A stretch of DNA of 59,167 nucleotides, filler included, from Sphacelaria rigidula (taxonomy: Eukaryota), in the NCBI GenBank assembly GCA_964200075.2. It is 8 parts of 8 records of this genome, joined end to end, with 100 filler letters (N's around TTAATTAATTAA, not from the genome) between each part and the next. Parts side by side here need not be neighbours in the genome. Positions count along the whole stretch, not along the records: positions 51,860 to 59,167 come from CAXNAA020015518.1; 7 more parts are not named here. One strand, written 5' to 3'. A model generated the notes under the pieces. The model saw nothing but the letters and a program-made list of their open reading frames with translations, did no database searches and was not told the origin of the DNA. The position numbers and the translations under genes are program-made. Positions 53,440 through 59,167 of this stretch are shown here, piece by piece; position 1 is the first letter of the stretch; every line of letters starts with the position of its first letter.

Positions 53440-56400
53440 CTTGTGCAAGAAGTAGGTGTCTTCAAAGCCCCATCGACCACTGTTGGAATCGTCTATTCCC
53501 CCAACCGCAGTGAAGTCAGACTTGTACATAGCCATCGGCCCGAACGTGCTCAGAGGATACAAGCACTGACCTGTGCCGCCAGACAAACCAGGGATAGAGA
53601 GACAAGTCATGCAAACGCCATGCGGCTCGGTAAAAGTCACCGGATGGGGGAGAGAGACAGACAGACAGACGCACCCAATCGACCAGCGCCAAATAGAAAA
53701 TATTGCGTATGTTTTTGGTGTGAATTGAATCGACGCGAACAGGGAAAGAAACCCAGGGCCGCAAAAAACGCGAAATATCAACAGAGGGAAGGGTGTGTGT
53801 AGCCGCTATTTTGCTACGAGTATTCAGTCTCAGATAATCTCCTACACAGCACACACCGCGCTATGTATCGTCATAGGGGTTACGCTAGCTTAGTCTTACT
53901 TGGGCGTGCGGATGCCCTGATTTTTACATCTGGGGAAGCATCTGTCACGGTGCGACTTCACGTTGGATCAACTCAAGTTTTTCTCCTCTCGTTTTACGTC
54001 AGCCCCCCCTCTCCCTTGAGACAGGTCCGTAACCTCAAGTGATGAACCCGTTCTTATTTCTCTCCCCGCAATAATATCTCTTGAAGTTAGGAATTGCGAA
54101 TCGGGCCACTACTCCTGCACCGCCACGACGCCCGTCAATCACACTTCCTTTCTTACTCACATCCTCACGCTTCTACCGGCGGAAATCATATACAGTACTC
54201 ATCACAGCAGAACCCCGCACAAATAGGAATTCCATACCGCAGCCTCACACCGGAACCGGTTACAGATGTTCCGTGTACCGCATAAGCTAGCGGGCGCGCG
54301 GGGGCAATCAACGACTACACATTTCGTCGCTCTCAACTGGAGCGTACCTTTACCATGAACACATGTCACGCCAAAGCTTCGGAGAATCAAAATACGGTAT
54401 ACCCGGAAAGCTTGAACGATCTCTGCCACCGAAAAAACGAACGCGTCCCATCTGTCGAAATTATCTCGCGGTGCCTTCAGACAAGCAGAGTTCGTTTCAT
54501 ATCGAACCATATTCTATACATTGTTGATATTACGTGATTTGAGTTTGAGCAGCGATGTTCGGACCTTTAGTGGGGCTGACAGTCCCCAGTGCTCCTAGCG
54601 CGCGCGCGCGCAAAACACGCTCTTGTGAAATGCGGCGCCAATTTGACATCTGCCACACACACACTTTGCCTACTGAACCCTCTGCAGCACCTTCGCCCGT
54701 GGGTTCTCGAAATCCGTCGGGTTGGGGTTAGGAATTAGGATTTCAGCGTTATTTCAAAAACGTGTGAACCATGAATTTGGCGCCGAACCGTGACAAACCC
54801 ACCTCCTTCAGACGCCCGCGCTCAAAATTTTACCAAAATCGGAGTTCTATGTTGTGATATACCAAATATACTCATTTTCACGCCCGATTCGGCGCCTTCC
54901 ATGCTTTCCCACGCTGTGGCAGATACCGGTACAGTACTAATCTTGAAAAACACATCGCTGCACGACTACCGTCACTGCGGTGTCCGCCTTCATTCCTACC
55001 GCCAAGTGGATGAATGTTGGGTGCTGTACCCCCTCTTTGGCATTGCATGTAGACGACGAAATCACCCGTCGCGGAAAGATGGTTGCACTTCTTGATGGCA
55101 ACATATTGTATTACTGCGACAGCTTGAGGCATTGCCACGCCCAACATTACCTAAATCCTGCCTGGTGCCCAGAAACGCTTCGACCAACAGGGTGGACGCG
55201 TAAAATAGCCAGGGTCTAGCCAGCGCTCTGTTGCTCACGACAGCGCTTTCTCATCTCTCCTGCCAGCACACAACCATGTGCAGTAGGTAGGCCTCTGCTA
55301 CAGCTGTCAGCCAACACCATAGGCCACTTCTACCATACGTAGTGTGCGAACGGCACACTCATGTCAACCAAACATTTCGGCCAATGCAACCCGATCACAG
55401 CCAGTCGTACTCAAGGATTGATGTCGTAGGGTGACGGTTTACACAAGCCCCGAGCTATCGAGCTTCTAGGACCATAAAACTCGCCGACCGCAGGCGATAT
55501 ATAAGGGGATGTTATACTACGTACCTCGAGACAGCCCAGCACTGCATCTGCAGGATTCTACCACAGAGCTATCCTAACAGCGCGGCCAATATAATTTACC
55601 ACAAGTCCGATCCACTAATATACTCATATCAAGTAATTGCGCAGGGTCCCAGTACAGTGCAGGGTCTCAGCATAGTGCGATCATCCCGGGCTGGCGACCC
55701 ATCACACTATGCTGCAAACTCCACCGTATCGGCACAGTGAAAAAATAAAAAGGCAAAGAGTCACCACTCGACGAGAGGTATTCAGGGGTGGTATCCTACG
55801 TGCCGATAGTACACATACACCGAAGACCTACGGCTCTCACCTCGAACCCCTTGGTTATCGTACGACAGCAAAAAGTTGACGGCCTGGACGCCCTGCACAA
55901 CAGTCTGTCTCAAGGCGTCCGCTAAGCCGCACGGCGGAAACAAGTCGGCATCGTGCACGAACATGATGTGATCGTCTGGGATGACCACCGCGGCGTCTTG
56001 AATAGCTTTCGCCTTGGTAAACGGTGTTCTCGTCGCCACGTACACAGTGTCCACCTGCAAAAAATATCGGACGGGCGCCAGATGTGATGGGAAAGATAAT
56101 CATTCTGTACATTATATTGATTTCTCCGCACTGCAATGTTTCGAATGTGGCATGTTGTACCACAGTGTGGTGTACGACATATACATGTACACGACACCTC
56201 GCGAGCACCAAAACATACTTATTAGCAGCTTGCAACAGTGCAATAGTGTACAAAGCCCCGCTTTTCTTTCTTGTACATTTTATTCATTTTTTTCGCGTGT
56301 TAATCTACCATGTCCTTCTGATCGACTTTTTCTCTTCCTTTTTTTTCTTTAGCGAGTAAGTGTTTCAGTGTTGTTTTGTCTTGGGTACGCCTATCATGTC

Positions 56401-58828
56401 ACCACGGCTGGATCCCTGGGGTGGGTCAGTCAAAGAGCGATAATCAATCAAAATCAATCAGTCACTACTCTGTTCTACTTGGCAAGTGGGAATGCAACAG
56501 GGCTGCCGTGGGTCCATGATTTTGTAAGGAGGGTGCAGTCATTATCTTGCATGCCGTAGTCACAACATCATTGACCTCGCATCTCTACAAAGCCGGCACG
56601 GAGCACGCCGGGTTTTCGCCGGACCAGGCTCGCGATCAATCACCAAGCGCGAAGCGGAGGGTTTGCCCGAACTCAGGTGCTCATGTCGAATCTGAGGATG
56701 GGTAGTATCACCACCATCATCATCGAGTACTGATGTAACGTTTTGGTTCATTGTTACGATAGCTCACCGTATCGGAACCCCAGCATTAACCTTCATCAAA
56801 TAATTTCACCTGATGAACGCCTTCATCAAATCGTACTAGTAGTCTGACAAACAACTTTCAACTTTCAGAAACCGACGGATGATCAATGTTTCGCGACGTT
56901 TGGGCAATTCATTCTGAAATACACACATACATATGTATATACACACATCCGACAACGTTTTGGGAAGTCATTCTGAATGAACACACATTCGACAATCATT
57001 TTGGGGGAAACTTGTTCTAAATGAACAATTACTGCATTATTCCAAAGCACACACCCAAGGCTGGGCACAAGCAATTTTTTTCATGGCTTCACTTTCTGCA
57101 ACCCAAATCACGTCCATACCCCCGACTCTGGCGGCCCACTCGGCTATTGCTGGACTTAAAAAGTGACGACTTTTTGTTCGCTGGTTGGGCAGTTCTACCG
57201 ACGACACTGCTAGGAAAATGCTAGGAAAATGCTGATTTGCCTTCTACAAGCTCGGAATGAACCTCTCTTGCAGGTCACAGTCCCCCAGTGATTGGTTCAA
57301 CTGGTACACCTTACTATTGTAAGCTGCTCAGGGCGGACGGCTGAGGGGGCGTACTCATTTGCTGCTTGCCTTAGTCGTTTGAATATTGACCACCTATGCC
57401 TTTCGAGACGGAGCACGTTTCGAGGGGGGGTTGCAATCTGGTTTTCCTCGTTGGAAATTTGGGGACGTGGGAAGAAAAGAAAATTTTGCGAAAATCGACG
57501 GGGCGCAGGATTACTGATCGTCATGATCCAATCCGAGATGAAAAAATGCAAGGCATGTAACATACAATAGGCGGGATGATGATCTCTCAACATCATGGGC
57601 TCGTCGTTGCGGGAAAGGATCGGCGTCGAAAGTATACAAAGAAGGATAGATGTTCTCTACAGGCTTGGCGTTCTATTGGTTGATCGACAGATGTATCTAT
57701 CGATCAAATGCTCTCGCCCTTGAATATTGAGAGGACGGCGGGGCGTGAGGTTCTCATGCTCCGCATCTTGGATCAATGCGTGTTCAGAAGAGCGACCGCG
57801 GATGGCCAATCTTAATCGTCCCTCTTTGGCCAAATTCGCTTCTTGACAACGATTCGCTTTGCCTGTCAGCTCTTCACCCCAACTAACCCTAACCCTAACC
57901 CTAACCCTAACCCTCGTGCGCCACGAAGTAAGCAGAAAGTCTCACTTGACCCAAAAATCATGTGGTGGGTTTCTGTTTCTAGACATCACTAACTTCAAGA
58001 TTCGGAAATATGATTTGAAAGGTAGGTACCACTGGCTCCCTCAAAGGTTGGCCGCTGTTTTCCTTGCTCGTGGTGCAATTTTTTGTTCCGTACAAAACCG
58101 ACTCGGGACACTGCTACTCATGATACATACATAGCTGTCTGTTTCTGCTCGCAAGGCACTTCACACACACGGTAACGGCTGACATCACGATACGACCGAC
58201 TCAGCAGTAACAGAACAAGGCACCTGGACGACAACAGTGACGAAACCCAACACAAAACCTACAATACAACAAAAGACCTATCCCGCATATGCATGCAGCC
58301 GGCAAGACAGCGAAACAGCAGTAATCACCAATGATGCCTGATTACAAATGATAGCACTAACTCACAAAAAACAAAAGAGAGAGAGAAAAATTCAGCAAGC
58401 AGCGGGAAACATACACACATACACACGCACAGGGTGTCATAACTCACATCATACTGCTCGAGCATCTCTTCCACCTCAGCACTATCCGTGGCCACAATTA
58501 CCCTAAAATTTGTACCGTTTCTCTGCTCCCTCATCCCCCCCTGCTCCGACCATGATGCCGCCCCACCCTCTACGGACCAGTTTCTCCTTCCATTTTCGCT
58601 CCGAGACCAAACCTGACGGTCACCGTCCCCAGCCGATCCAAACGAGGCCGTATGTTGGCCCTTGCGGGACAATCGCTCGGGCCAAAACGCGGGGGAATAG
58701 TTCTCGGGGTCGGTACATTTCGGTGCGAGGGGGTCGGTGTCTGGAAGGGGTGTGCAGTCGGATCCCTTGGCCAGACGCTCCATTTGGGGCATGAGGGTTT
58801 CCAGTCGGGTTACTAGGCCGCTCGATAC
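53440..58828 (-). CDS. Chondroitin N-acetylgalactosaminyltransferase / GT7-like glycosyltransferase, internal exons 58448-58828, 55841-56054, 53440-53570
   Basis: DxD motif MFVHDADL and MYKSDFTAVGGID..RWGFED (GT7-type GGxD..WGxED); GT-AG junctions with compatible phases. Confidence 0.85.
57883..57914. repeat. Interstitial telomere-type repeat, about 5 CCCTAA units
   Basis: ctaaccctaaccctaaccctaaccctaaccct. Confidence 0.85.
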
Positions 58829-59076
58829 CTGGGGATGGAGTAATGGAGGAGGGGTTGTACAAACGATATTTGCTGATGAGCTGGAAGTTCTAACTCTCAG
58901 CATCAAGACGTAGGTAGACGAACCGATTCTGAGTATCGCGAAGCTGTCCACTCGAGTCCCACGCATTCCGACGCACCACCTGTGTATGAACTGACTTCGC
59001 CTACACGATTGCTCCTGCACTAGAGATCCCAAGCTGCTCGTCGTGAAAGGTTCAAGGATCAACACCTAAACACTTG

Positions 59077-59167
59077 ACCGGTCGCCCCGGTGGCTCAGTT
59101 GGTAACCTCGGAACCTTCTGACGGTTGGGTTGCGGGTTCAATTGTCGGAGTGATATGGAATTTTTTC
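59077..59167 (+). mobile_element. tRNA-derived SINE head
   Basis: A-box TGGCTCAGTTGG and B-box-like GGTTCAATT, no acceptor-stem pairing; homologous copy at 14819-14880. Confidence 0.75.

Noticed and set aside
59084-59160. Functional tRNA gene
   Set aside because: A and B boxes are present but there is no acceptor stem or proper cloverleaf, and a diverged copy with a shared 5' flank lies at 14819-14880, so it is a SINE.

Overview
This window is eukaryotic, intron-rich, repeat-rich genomic DNA, most likely from a brown alga or other stramenopile (inferred from gene content, long GT-AG introns and CCCTAA motifs). It is not one locus. It is eight contigs of 7309, 7309, 7309, 7308, 7308, 7308, 7308 and 7308 bp joined by artificial 100-bp linkers (N44-TTAATTAATTAA-N44), which looks like a length-sorted concatenation, so adjacency across linkers is meaningless. 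Host gene fragments: LETM1/MDM38-like (7 exons), a BioD/Pta-N-like P-loop exon, a TIMP/NTR-like plus Cys-rich protein (3 exons), a DED1/DDX3 helicase (2 exons) and a chondroitin-synthase/GT7-like glycosyltransferase (3 exons). Mobile DNA: two degenerate chromodomain-bearing Ty3/gypsy elements, copia and LINE remnants, tRNA-derived SINE-like copies and several MITE families (TA, TTA and TTAA target sites). The most interesting feature is the terminal exon at 11085-11859. It encodes about 10 copies of an M-Y-S-M-S-Y-S-F-D-L-E-type core, mostly in 78-bp/26-aa units separated by R-R-A-R|G or K-K-R|G convertase-like sites, and looks like a multi-copy peptide precursor of unknown function.
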